Source: Azolla caroliniana
Taxonomy: Eukaryota; Plantae; Polypodiophyta
Direction of reading: 5' to 3'
Assembly: GCA_043228905.1 (NCBI GenBank)
Contig: JBHGNT010000015.1
Coordinates: 7,564,001 to 7,628,000, forward strand
Length of the DNA stretch: 64,000 nt
Shown: positions 1-11,680 of the stretch, piece by piece
Layout: every line of letters starts with the position of its first letter
Numbering within the stretch: position 1 is the stretch's first letter
Made by a program: the position numbers and the translations under genes
The notes under the pieces: generated by a model
What the model was told of the DNA's origin: nothing
Databases searched by the model: none
What the model saw: only the letters and a program-made list of their open reading frames with translations

Positions 1-1993
1 CCGGGGAGAGTTCGAACCCAAAGAAGGATGGAACGCTTGTACCCCGCCCTGAGCAGCCCGCAGCAAGGATGGAACCGGAACTGGTTCGGACCGAACCGGC
101 CACAGAACCCCCTGCACAACAACCTCTACTGGCGGGTTAGGATATGCCAAGATCCGATATGCAAGCGCCGGAAGTAGAGTTGCCGACCCCACCGGCAGGC
201 CAAGAGCATTCAAAGGCGGAGCGGCCAACAGAGCCGCAACCAGAACGACAAGGTGGTCACTAACAAGAGCCAGAGTTGCAGCTCAACGCAACTGAACAAA
301 ACCGACCACTGGCGAGCGACACCAACAGCCAACCCTCCAGGTAGACACAACAACAGGGCACCGACAACCAATGGCTCCGGTGGATTGGAGAACAGATTGC
401 CGGAGTGGTACACTACATAGAGGCGGAAGAGAAAGCGCAGATGGACCGGTTGCTCGTCACAACCGGAGAACTAGAGACGGCCCGATCAAGGATCCGGAGC
501 CTAGAACAAGAGTTGGACCTGGCCACAAAAGAATTGACCAAAATGGCCTTAACCCGACCACAGCTCCAAGCACCGGTGACGTCGGTCGATGTACAGAATA
601 AAGAAGCACCAGCACTTGTACATAGCAATAAGACCCCGGAGATAGAAACAAAAGAGATAGTGGCGGAGCAAGCAAAAGAGCTTGTTCAATTAAGAGATGA
701 ACTGGCCGCACAAGAAGCATTACGCACCCGAGAGCTGGACTTGAAGAAAGCAGTAGAAGAAGAGCAACGAAAGACTGCTGAGAACCTCCGCCGGGGAGAA
801 GAGAATCTGCGGAAAGGACATCAGGCCTACGACTGGCTGAAGGAGGAGAAAGAGAAGGAGCTGTAAGAAAAGGAGAAGTTGCGACGGATGGCGGAAACAG
901 AGATCGAAAGACTGAAAGAAGAACTCCGTGAACAGAAGGATCGGGAAGACCGCGCTCGCCGGCAACTGAACCAAAAGCTAAAGCCGAAAACCGATGATTT
1001 TGAGCACCTGCACCAGGACTACAAGCACCTGGATACGGAGCATAAGAAACAACAGGAGAAGATGGTAGTGCTCCGGTAGGAGGTACATCGAGTTGAGACG
1101 GCGCTGGCGGAGGAACGGGCTGAAAGAACCACGCTGCTGGAGGAAGCCGCGCAAGAACGGATGGAGCTGCATAAGCAGCATTATGAAGAGAAGGAAAGAG
1201 CGACGATGATCCTGCAAAGGCTGCAGAACACTTATCAAACCCAACTGTCACATGACCGGGAGCATGAGGTGGATACGGTGGCACTCATCAAGCAGTTGAA
1301 AGACGAACGGCAAGCCGCGGAGGACAAATCGAAGATGGGATTGGAGCGGATCCAGTTCATTATCCAGGCATGGAGGAACAAGACCAAACACTTCATTGAC
1401 GAAAGCTCCACGCAATGGTGGGACAAATGGGCAAAGCACATAGCCGAGCTCCAGTTGCTATGGGCGGACGCGGAAAACCGACAGAAGGATGGCGACGACT
1501 GCTACATGCTAACGAAGGAGGACTTCACTGCCGTAAGAGATGAGTTAGCCGAAGATTTTGTAACTATGGCAGAGGAGCAGGCAGCAGTGGTCTGGCAACT
1601 TGTAGCCCAACTAGATGATGATCGATTGCATGATCAAATCCAGTTTGAGAGCTATTAGCGGACCAGGCTACGGAGAGAAGAAGCAAAGCAGGCGGCGACC
1701 GTCAACCTCAGTGATGAGGAGCCATCACCGGAGTAAGGACCAGATGGAGACAAGACCGGGACGAGTCAACTGAGAATTAATATAAGCTTCTTGTTTTATC
1801 TTCACGTATTGATTACCGTTCTGAATTAATTGTTATATTTTACTCGTGTATTACATGTATGCCTTATTGCTAAGTAGCTAATTAAGTCGAAGTAATCGTT
1901 GTGTCTTAAGTGATCTCGCCATAACACCCCTTTGGTGAAGTGTCTTCCGGAGACACCCTGTGTTAGGCCATTGTCTGACCCTAAGGATTAGCA
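1..1993 (+). mobile_element. 3' end of a Gypsy family-A copy (extra coiled-coil ORF plus partial 3' LTR), inserted in gag of Gypsy B
   Basis: 320-1770 is near-identical to 24930-26380. 1772-1993 matches the 3' half of the LTR at 18192-18640 and ends ccctaaggattagca. A deletion joins the ORF tail directly to mid-LTR at 1771/1772. Confidence 0.85.
405..1735 (+). pseudogene. Degenerate coiled-coil ORF3 of Gypsy family A (copy 1)
   Basis: In-frame pieces 405-866, 879-1079 and 1161-1658 are separated by single stops. E/K/Q/R/L-rich heptad-like sequence, homologous to 25014-26519 and 27967-29403. Confidence 0.8.
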
Positions 1994-2198
1994 GAGCAAT
2001 ATTAGCAGAGTTTGCGATAGAAGATTTGAGGGTATACAACGAATTCGAGCAGATGTTTAGTCGTCTCTCCAACACGAACCAAGTGCTGCTTGAGGAGGAC
2101 AAGACTTTGTACTTCTTGAAAGTTGTGGACATGAAGGATAGACGAGAATTGGGGACTCTTCTCGAAGATGATACCCATGCAAATGGGCTTATGCTAGA

Positions 2199-2693
2199 TG
2201 TTGGGATTTCGGTCCCTCCGGATGGGATTTTGAGAACCGGATGTAAAAGACCCAGTGAGAACTGGGTGTAGAAGAAATATCTGTAAATATGTTTTGAGTA
2301 AGCCCATTGAGGCTTTATTTGTAAATAGCCCTAATTTCGTATAAGTATAAATATGACTTAGGGCAATCACTTTATATGTGTTGTGATTGTTGTTGTAACT
2401 GTTGTACAGAAGAGAGTGACAGAGAGGGAGAGTGAGATACAGAGCGATACTCTGTTGTAACCGCTGCCTAGCAAAGATACAGAGCTCGAGGTAATTGCCT
2501 ACAATTCTTTGATTGTACCCCTTCTCTTTATGGTGATAGTTCGGAGTATGTGGGCTCCCGTGGTTTTTCCCTATTCGGGTTTTCCACGTAAACATCTTGT
2601 GTTCACTCTTTATTTCCCATTATTGTGTTTCATTCCAAGAGAAGTGTTCAGGACTTAGTTGTGGCCGAGCAATATTCCACGCTATTTTCAACA
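2199..2693. mobile_element. Probable solo LTR (Copia-like) inserted in gag of Gypsy B
   Basis: TGTTG...CAACA termini around an AT-rich 495-bp block interrupting the gag frame (NGLM|TDWIV). Flanks ctaga/acaga are only a partial TSD match. Confidence 0.55.
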
Positions 2694-2894
2694 ACAGACT
2701 GGATTGTGATGAAGCTAGCGTGCAATAGGCTTGACAAACGTCGTCCGTGGGTTGATAACACCGACTTGGCAGGATCAACTGTGGAGAAAACAAGACAACC
2801 GAGAGTAGTTGAGCCGCCCAAAAAAAGTAACATGTAAGAAAAGAAGATTGATGACGACATCATCGAAGAACTGGCGAAGAAGTTCGAGACGGTC

Positions 2895-5800
2895 ATGCTA
2901 GCGAACATGAATCATGAGGGGCCCAAAGGAAAAAAACCCTTTAGATGCGTGTGGTGCGATAGCATGGACCACAGGAGAAGGGATTGTGCGAGCCTTCGAG
3001 ACACCATTCAACAAAATATCGTATACATGGATGACAACATGATCTACTCAAGTGAGACTAGAAGGCCCCTACGGCTAAATTTCGGAAGAGGAGGAATGAA
3101 GAACACTATGGAAGATGCCAAGGAAACTCATGTGGATGTGATGCACTATGCTGCATTTGCCGCAATCAGAGTCGGGAAAGACAAAACTGAAGTTGCTAGA
3201 GCGGGAGCAAAGTTCTGGTCTACAGTTCTCGAGTATGAGATGAAGGGAAAGGTCACTTCGAATGAGGCAGAGCTTGCGGACCGAAGTGTGCAAAGCATAA
3301 CTGGATGGTCGGATCCAGTGGATGAGAACACCATACTCGTGGAAGTGATGTGTGACAACCACGAGGTGTTCGTAGATGAAAAGAGAAAAAGGATGGAAGG
3401 TCAAGACAACCCATAAAAAAGACATGAAACAAGGAGCGTGAAAAAGAAAGAAGATGCAGAAATGAGTTGAGATTTACAAACAGTGGGAGACTCAAGCCGG
3501 AAAGGGGAGTCGAGCAAACGAGTCGAAGAAACGATTCAGCCCATGAAGGTTGATGTCGAAAACCCCACTCGGAAGACAAGAATTATGCCTACCTATAAGC
3601 CAAGGTCGTACATAGAGCAAACGTCATATCTGAAGAAGATTCTCGAGAAACGTGTTCTGGATAGCCACATGACCTTGTCGTTGAGGGAATTGCTCAGCAT
3701 TACAAAGAAGGAGTTCCATGATATGATCGTGGACCTTGTGAAGAGGAAAAGGCAACAGTCGGACGAGGAAGAAGAGAAGCTGTTAAAAGGAAAAACAAAT
3801 GCCATAACGATGGCAAGGGACGAAGTTGATGAAGATTTGGTGAACAACCACTATACTCGACCTCATTGGGCACGAGTGACAACAGAGACGCCGGTGAAGA
3901 TCGGGGAAAAGAAAGAGACCGTGGTGGCCTTGATCGAGCATGGCTCAGAGATCAACCTCATGTCGACCGAGTTCTACAAAAAAGGAAGATGGCCAATTAA
4001 CACAAACCACAGATGGAAGATTTGAGTGGCAACAAAGACCACGGAGGAATTGTACGGAGTTTGTCCAAATGTTAAAGTCACGATTGGAGCTGTAGAGATC
4101 GATCAACACTTCTTCGTGCAAGAATCGGCTTTGCATCATGTCATCCTAGGACAACCGTTTATCACATCATCCCGGATGGAGACCAAGGTGTTCGATAATG
4201 GAGTAGCCTTCGCGCGGATCAAGAGTCTTGACAAACAAAGATCTGTTCAATTCCTAACGGTGCGGGCTAATCATGCAAGAAATCGAGATAACCTTGGAGG
4301 AGACTCCTCGGTTTTTTAGAGCGGACTATTGAAGTATGGGGCACAAATAGTCCGAGCGATCACAAGTCCCCACAAGAAAGTAGAGCGTGTGGATGCAAGG
4401 AGAAGCAACATCTGTCACACCTAGTGGCGCATGTAAACTAGTACTACCCAACAAGAAGGACAAACGTCGGATACAAGACTTCGAGAAGATGTTGAAAGGA
4501 GAAAACATAATCGAAGAAGAAGAATTCGTGACTCATATTATGGAAGAGGCCTCATTTAACGACACCATCAGCGAAATCGAGGAAGTGGACTTGAGCTATC
4601 TTCACGATCAACATGTGATTTCCATTAACTCCGTCAACATGTACGCTATCATCGATGAATATCATCGAGGCATCTTGATGGAGGAAGTTGGAGTCAACAC
4701 AAAATATAAAATGGTGGATAGAAAGATCAAGCCAGTTGCGGTTCCGCTAGCAAAAGATAGCTGGCAAAAGATGAAGGAAGTCGCTAATGATCCAAGCCTA
4801 AGGGGTACAAAGGCAATAGGTCCTGTCTTCACCGAAGAGACGAAAATAAAACTATGAGTTGGGAAGGAGGATTTCCTCCTCCCTGAAGAGGAGCGAATGT
4901 TCCGCGGAATGCTTGAAAGACATGGGAAGGCTTCCACATTTTTCCCACAAGAAATCAGATGTGTTGATCCAACGACGATAGAACCGATGGTGATATTCAC
5001 GGTGCCGCACGTGCCTTGGAATTTGAAACAAACACCGGTTACGAGAGCACACCTACCAAAGCTGATCGAGCTCTTAAAGGAGAAGGTGGATATGGGAATT
5101 TTGGAACCGTCTAATGCTCCCTATTCTAATAGGTGGTTCACAATGCCGAAGAAGAATGGATCATTGAGATTCATCCAAGATCTTCAACCTGTCAACAAGG
5201 TGACAATTCGGAATGCTGGAATCAGTCCGAGTGTGGATGAATTTGTCGAAGCGTTTGTGGGTCGGTCTAACTACTCCATTGGCGATCTCTACTCTGGATA
5301 CGATCAATTCCAGTTGGCGGTCGACAATCGTGACATTACAACTATGAGGACTCCAATCGGGCTTGTGCGGATGTGTACCTTACCTCAAGATGCAACGAAC
5401 TCGGTGGCTCATATGGTGAATGCCATGAACAAGGTCTTGAAGGATTGCATCCCAAGCATCACAATGCCTTTTTTGGATGATATTCCGATAAAAGGATGTT
5501 CGGATGAGGAGAAGGATGAATCGAAAGATAAGGAAGGTTGTAGAAAGTTCGTCGTGGATCATATGAAAGATTGCGAGAAGGTGCTCTAAAGGCTCAAGAT
5601 GCGAATTTGACATTTTCGGGAGAAAAATCCGCATTCGGGCAATCGGAGATCTTGGTGGTAGGTCACTTGTGTGGAGCATATGGCTTAAAGCCTTCACCAT
5701 CCAAGGTGAACACAATCCTGGACATGAAAGAAGAATGCGTAACCCAAACGGAGGTTCGAAGGTTCCTTGGAGCATGTGCATTTTATCATATCTGGATTCG

Positions 5801-6108
5801 GTAGTACGCTCATATCGTCGAGCAATTATATTGATTGCTAAAGAAAAGAATGAAGTTTGAATGGCGAGACGAGCATACAAACGTGATGCAAAGATTGAAG
5901 AAACTACTTCTTGAAGCCCCAACACTAAGGAAGGCCGACTATACCGAAGGGAAGCCAATTTATGTGACTGTAGATACGAGCCGAACCGGAATCGGGTGGG
6001 TCATCAACCAAGAAGGAGAAGATAATGCGCGGTATGCCATCTGGTTTGGAGCAAAGGTTCTCAGCGAGCGACAACAAAGATATGCCCAAGTCAAGCGGGA
6101 ACTTTGGG
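2895..6108 (+). pseudogene. pol: Gypsy B gag-pol 5' part (zinc knuckle, aspartic protease, RT, start of RNase H)
   Basis: ALIEHGSEINLMS protease-like motif; RT motifs LRFIQDLQPVN, DLYSGYDQF and FLDD; RNase H VTVDTS...YAQVKRELW. Multiple stops and frameshifts. Confidence 0.9.
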
Positions 6109-6144
6109 AACACGTTCGCGTTCACAAGTGGAAGGATTGCGCAT
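6109..6144 (+). repeat. Left terminal inverted repeat
   Basis: aacacgttcgcgttcacaagtggaaggattgcgcat. Confidence 0.95.
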
Positions 6145-6494
6145 TCCACTTGTAGAATCTTCTTAAAACGAAGCAAATACATCCTCTCTACAAAAATTGG
6201 ATGCACTAGTATCACATGTTCCTCAACTTGATGAGAATTTGCAAATATAAAAATACATGATAGATCTACGAGTGGAGATCATTAGAAATCATGCAAGTTT
6301 AGACATGTTGATAAGTTAATGTAGGCATAATAAAGTTCAACTATGGCTCAATATGTCACTACTGTGCAACAAGGGAAACACTAACTTAAAGACTTATATT
6401 AATTAGGTAAGTTTTACAAAAATATGAGGTGTACTTGTATCCATACTAATAAAATGAGATATAATTTATACTTTGACCCATACGTGCATGTATG

Positions 6495-6765
6495 TAATTG
6501 TGGAAAATGTAGGATAGTGCACATTAGGATAAGTGATTGGAATAACTAACTTATTAAACTATTCAATACTTGTATTTAAAGTTGATCTAATCTATTCCTC
6601 AGTTTGTTCATATGGGATCAAACCATATGTGTATATAATTGTGCACAATGTAAGGTAATGAACTTTAGGATAATGTCGTGGAAATAACAAACCTATTAGG
6701 CTTTCATACCTGTATCTAAAATTGATCTACTCTATTGCTTAGGTGATTCACACAAGATCAAACTC
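6495..6765. repeat. Degenerate ~140-bp tandem duplication in the left subterminal region of the transposon
   Basis: Pattern taattgtg...taggataa...aataac...tgtat.taaa.ttgatcta.tctatt...gatcaaac occurs twice about 140 bp apart. Confidence 0.6.
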
Positions 6766-7156
6766 CGAACGATAACACAACTGGAACCATTATCAACACA
6801 CTACACAATCTAAGCAGCAATGGAATAGAAACATAATAGTTTTAACAATAGAAGACAAAGATCCATAATAACAACATGGACAGTCATGGCAACAATTATA
6901 GGGCCATGTTCTGTTAAGGTTAGCTTGGACCAAAATCAGCCTCCATTTAAACTAGTTCATGTTTCTCCATAAGTTTGGTAGTTAGCTATGCACGCGGTGA
7001 AACCAATATCATAAATCTACTAATCAAGTATATAAAAATAAAATTGAAACATATAGAAGATTATAAAGAATAGAATCCACTAGGTAAAACCCAAAATTTG
7101 TATTAATAATGTGAAATCCAAACAAATCGTCAGTGTCATATTCTTCATAGAGTCTA

Positions 7157-10100
7157 TTACATAGCAATCAATTCATCAACGTCATTTTCTTCATCATCTT
7201 GTGTAGAACTGTCTTCGGCTATACGTGCATTGGTTTCCCCAATTAGCCGAGCCAACGAAATATCTTCTATAAGCTCATCATCAAGCTCTATTAGCTCCCC
7301 CGGTTTGCCGGCTAACGGAGGAATAGGCTATCGCGAAGCAGGTTGAAACCTTTCTGTATTGGCGAGGTTCTTTGCACCGACCTCCTCATCCTGGTCTGGG
7401 CACTCCCACAAAGCCTTAATCCGCATATTAATAAATATAACTTGGTCCTCGTCCTTCTCCAATGCAACTGTATTTCTAAACAGCTTCAATGCACATGCTG
7501 ACGTAGTTCCTGTGATGTAAGTAACAAGAAGATTTAGTTGTCAAACGAAAAAAAAGTGATTGGTTATCTCAAGATCGTTACCCTAGTTCGAGGAATACCT
7601 GTGCCAGAAAAGAGATCTAATATCCAGTCTCCTTCGATCGAAAACATCTCGATCAAGCGCATCATAAGTCGTTGAGGTTTTTGGTATGGGTTGACAAGTT
7701 TCCGTTCTGTCGTGGTGACATGTCGCAATTTCCGAGTCACTGCTGGATATACCAACAGATTTGAACCTCCCACTTCATTAGAATGCTCTTTGATTCTCTG
7801 TTTCTTAATTTCATCGAAGTAGCCAACCGTTATGTATTCAATGGCATTAATGAACCGAAAAGTTGGCCCTCTATTTACATTGGTCTTGATCCTATAAAAA
7901 ATATTTCATCGAGTTAAGAATAGATTCAACAACCTTAAGAAATGCAATATAGTGAAAGACACCTATAAATAATCCTTAGCATGCAAGGTTCTCGATGCCA
8001 TGGCAACGAGATCTCAAAGCTTGAGCTACCGAGTACCCTTGGTCCATACTATGAAAGACAACTATTCGCCACAAGGATGCGGTCGTTAGCTCAGCGAAAT
8101 CCTTGACCATCTTCTCCAATTGTTTAAACCTAAACGGTTCATCGTCGTATGATGACCCAACCATTCGAAATCCATAAGGAATATCCGCAATCATTAGCGT
8201 ATATGCCTTCTTTGGCACCTTCTGGATCAAGTCGATGACATCACCGCAAACCACATTGTAGTAAAGATCTCTCGTAATATGTTTTTTGTGGCTAAATCTT
8301 TTAAACGAGCCATCTTCCTCCATTTCGTACGCCTTGACTAAGCGACGATCCTTTTCTTTTCTAGCTCGCTCGAGATGTGCAAGGAAGGATGTAGGGAAAT
8401 CGTGTATATCCTTAACTTCTCCTTGTTTCTTGCCTCGAAACGGTTTCTAATAGAAGCAATAGGACATCAGGTATTATTATACAAGCTCTACATATGATGA
8501 AAGGGTAATGAAAAAACATGAATACTAACCCAATCCTTGAATGCAATAAAATACTCTGATAACGCCTTATACGAAGACGTTAGAGGATAATCCTCGGTCA
8601 CTTGTTCCCAAGTTATACATCCAAGTTGTTTCATCATAACTTCTTGGATCTTCATGTATACCTTATGACTGTAAAATTAGAAATCAACATTAGAACTTTG
8701 AATTACACCAGATAGACTACAATTTCAGTATTTGAAGGACTTACTTAGTGAACTCAGTGACCATTTCTTCAAGGCTTAAATCTTTCGCCACAACCCTTGA
8801 CAAAACCGACACAAGAAGCTGCTCGTCCTTAATACCTTGCATCGCTCTCCATAGAGACAGCTTCATGTCATCTACCGCTTCTTCAATTGTCAAGTCAATT
8901 TTCTTGGCGGCTTGTGACTTTAACTCTAGTTGAGGGTCAACCCTACATTTCTTTTGTCGTTGACCCTTTACCTCCTTATTCTCCCACATTGAGAAGATTT
9001 GATCTTGTAGGTCCCATACTTCTCCATCTCTAAACGCCAATTGAAACCAAGACTCATACTTTCGAAGACCATTGGACCTAACATTATCATCTACCACAAT
9101 GCCGACTTCATGCAGACATTGACGTCGAAGGCCTGGATGTAACTTCACACCAAACTTTTGTTTCACATCTAAATACTCGTGGTGGAAGAACCGTATACAC
9201 TCAATGGACGACATTTTCTGCCTATAGTCATTATCATTATTATGGTCCCATGCCAACAGCTTAGCCTCTTCGGTTGTGAGCCCAACATAAATTTTGCACT
9301 CGGCATACTTGAAGAAGAAAGTGGTTGGATGTTCTCTCACAAGTTGCCGACGTGCCTCTGCTGAATGCGATCCACCAATGACAAAATAATTATATTGATC
9401 ATGCTTTCTAATATCAAAATCTTCAATGGTTTCACATTCTTCAGGATCTACCATAACAATAAAAGGCACCACAGTGGCATGAGGATTAATTTTCATTTTT
9501 TTCTTGAGATTTTGAACATGCATGTGGTGAGGCTCGTTAATCTCAAGTGGTCTTCGACCTGTTTTTTCATCAATAGGGGGCCGATGGATGTGTGTTATAG
9601 GCAAATTAAACACTTGCCCTTTCCTGACCAGCTTCCGTTGCATTAACTCTCTCCTTATTTTATTCTGCTCGGATGACAAAACATCCGAGGCTAGCTCAGC
9701 TCCTGGCGTCCCCTTATTATCCTCCTCTTCGTTTTCACTTGTTGAATCCGTATCCGACATTTTGGTTGTCTTCTTCTTTGCTGGTCTTGACTGGACTTTG
9801 GATACCTTTTTTGTGGCCTTCAATGGGGAGGGCACTTCATCTCTTAGAGTTACATGACCTTGTATATAAGGCCTCAAGGTAACAATAAGGTTTTGTGAGC
9901 TATCAAGTGCTTTTTTGAACACTTCTGGCCCACAAGATTCCTTTACTAAAAGGTCTTCTGAAAGGAACACTTTACGTACCCCCTTGGAGCACTCTATCAT
10001 TACCAGTATGTTTGCCGAATCTGCATCTTCGTAGTCAAATCGTAGAATACGGCCATACATAAATGGGGTTTCCTTTCCAAGCTGCCCCTCACCCTTCTTC

Positions 10101-10382
10101 TTTGCTGTATACAATACGACTTTTTTCTTTGAGTCGACATATTGCATACACCATTCCTTGTCTGTTAGATCTCGGTCAGGAAGGTCTTCACCTCCAGTAG
10201 CGGCGACAAGTTTCTTTTGGCTAACATCACTATATGGCTGAGATTTTGTCTCTTCGTTAAATAGAAGCTTTTTTCCTCTCTTTATGGTCTCAGGAGCTAC
10301 CTTGGTCTGGGCTTCGATTGGAGAACCTTGTATGCGAAGCTTTATTTTCTTCACGGGTCGGTCCGACAGGTTCTCAAATGAC
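7157..10382 (-). CDS. Spliced ParB/Srx-like domain plus beta-class N6A/N4C DNA methyltransferase fusion (at least ~905 aa; this copy probably damaged)
   Basis: Exons 10382-8745, 8668-8530, 8446-7980, 7891-7599 and 7509-7328(7157) join in frame across 76-89 bp introns (three GT..AG; the donor at 7979 reads CTAAGG). ParB-like core PFIVMVD...YFVIGGSHSAEARRQL...GLTTEEAKLLAWDHN. MTase motifs in beta order: GDVIDL, ADIPYG, LAWIKTN..EYITVGY, NPYQKP..LMMRLI, WILDLFSGTGTT..ALKLFRNTVALEKD. An acceptor precedes 10382, so the 5' exon(s) are unresolved. Confidence 0.85.
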
Positions 10383-10825
10383 CTATTTAAGAAAGTATAT
10401 GCAAAAACATAAGTTAGGTAGTCACGTAGATTAAGGTTGTATATTATAATGAAGAACAGTTCCCAGGAGCAGTCCTATATTCAAAAATCTATTATAGGCA
10501 GGGCTATTCAACCTAGAAAATATATATCGTAATAAGTAAACAGGGTTATATATTCTTTTAAATAGTAGGTATGACTTATATAGATTCTAAACCTATATTG
10601 AAGAGAATTTGCTATCGTAAAGGCAATTTGTGGATCATTTTCTACTATTTTAAGCTAAAGTAGGTCATAAAACACCTATAATTAGAGCATGTTTTTTTTT
10701 AAAAGTAAGGAAAGTCAACATAAAAAAGACTGATTTTGCCAGAAAATTAGATATCTTTTCCACCCCATAATTATTTGTTACCCCAAAAACACAATTTTTC
10801 TCTCTCAAAGCCTTCTTATATACAA

Positions 10826-11180
10826 GAACTCGATACGCCGTATTGAGTTCGTGTTTAAAACCTACACTTTAAACAGGAACTCGATACGGCGTATCGAGTT
10901 CGTGTTTAAAACCTACACTTTAAACAGGAACTCAATACGGCGTATCGAGTTCTTGTTTAAAATTCCAACTTTAAAGAGGAACTCGATACGCCGTATCGAG
11001 TTCGTGTTTAAAGTGTAGGTTTTTAACGTGAACTCGATACGCCGTATCGAGTTCCTGTTTAAAACCTACACTTTAAACACGAACTCGATATGGCGTATCA
11101 AGTTCGTGTTTAAAACCTACACTTTAAACAGGAACTCGATACGGCGTATCAAGTTCCTGTTTAAAATTCCAACTTTAAAA
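10826..11180. repeat. Array of seven 25-bp palindromes GAACTCGATACG(C/G)CGTATCGAGTTC at a 51-bp period with 26-bp hairpin-forming spacers
   Basis: Units start at 10826, 10877, 10928, 10979, 11030, 11081 and 11132. Spacers are GTTTAAA-acctacac/attccaac-TTTAAA. Confidence 0.95.
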
Positions 11181-11183
11181 TTC

Positions 11184-11240
11184 CTGTGTGCTTTGTGTGC
11201 TCTGTGTGCTCTCTACGTTCTGTACGCTCTATACGCTCTG
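11184..11240. repeat. Short 9-bp tandem repeat (ctgtgtgct / ctgtacgct)
   Basis: About six degenerate copies directly after the palindrome array. Confidence 0.7.
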
Positions 11241-11266
11241 GTGAGTGAAATATGACGAGGTCTTCC

Positions 11267-11680
11267 TATTTATAGGGATTGAACACATTGGTTAAAGTAA
11301 CCATAGTCACCTTAACCAAGGTTGGTAACTTTGAGGATAGTTAGTTGGTAACCATAGTCACATTAACTAGAGTAACTAATGATTGTATTAATGATTACAA
11401 AGTCAAACTAACATATTGATCAATCTTTTATAGTCATAACAACCTACAATGACTTCAAAGGTTATGAAGGAGACAATGATAGAGGTTCCTGAATGTACCA
11501 ATGATTGATTACTAAAAGCAACAAATTTTATGACTCTCAAATGCTATGTATTAAAGATGTTGGCATGAATTAACCAATGATTGATAAGTCTAATATTTAA
11601 AATGGTGAGCATTAAAGAACCAATGATTGAGACGTTCTATATCAAAATGGGTGCCATTAATTAGCCAATGATTTTAACAT
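11267..11680. promoter_or_regulatory. Putative divergent promoter: TATAAATA on - (11267-11274) and repeated CCAATGATT boxes
   Basis: ccaatgatt at about 11498, 11574, 11620 and 11665, located between two divergent genes. Function is inferred. Confidence 0.4.

Noticed and set aside
457-1284. Long antisense ORFs here and over other retroelement genes (e.g. 19922-20470, 39811-40323, 48375-48938)
   Set aside because: Shadow frames of biased coding strands, with no motifs.
405-1658. Host myosin/SMC-like coiled-coil gene
   Set aside because: It occurs three times, always at the same position inside family-A LTR elements.
7157-10382. Bacterial contamination or a restriction-modification operon
   Set aside because: The gene has spliceosomal introns, lies inside a TSD-flanked insertion in a plant-type retrotransposon, and has no endonuclease partner.
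10420-10680. Candidate small upstream exons of the ParB-MTase gene
   Set aside because: AG/GT-bounded segments exist, but they contain stops and no unambiguous start, so they cannot be supported without transcripts.
10826-11180. CRISPR array (palindromic repeats with regular spacers)
   Set aside because: The spacers are not unique (two recurring cores, one inverted), there are no cas genes, and the context is eukaryotic with introns.
11028-11255. 75-aa ORF with repeated NSIRRIEF
   Set aside because: A by-product of the 51-bp repeat being a multiple of three; no independent coding evidence.
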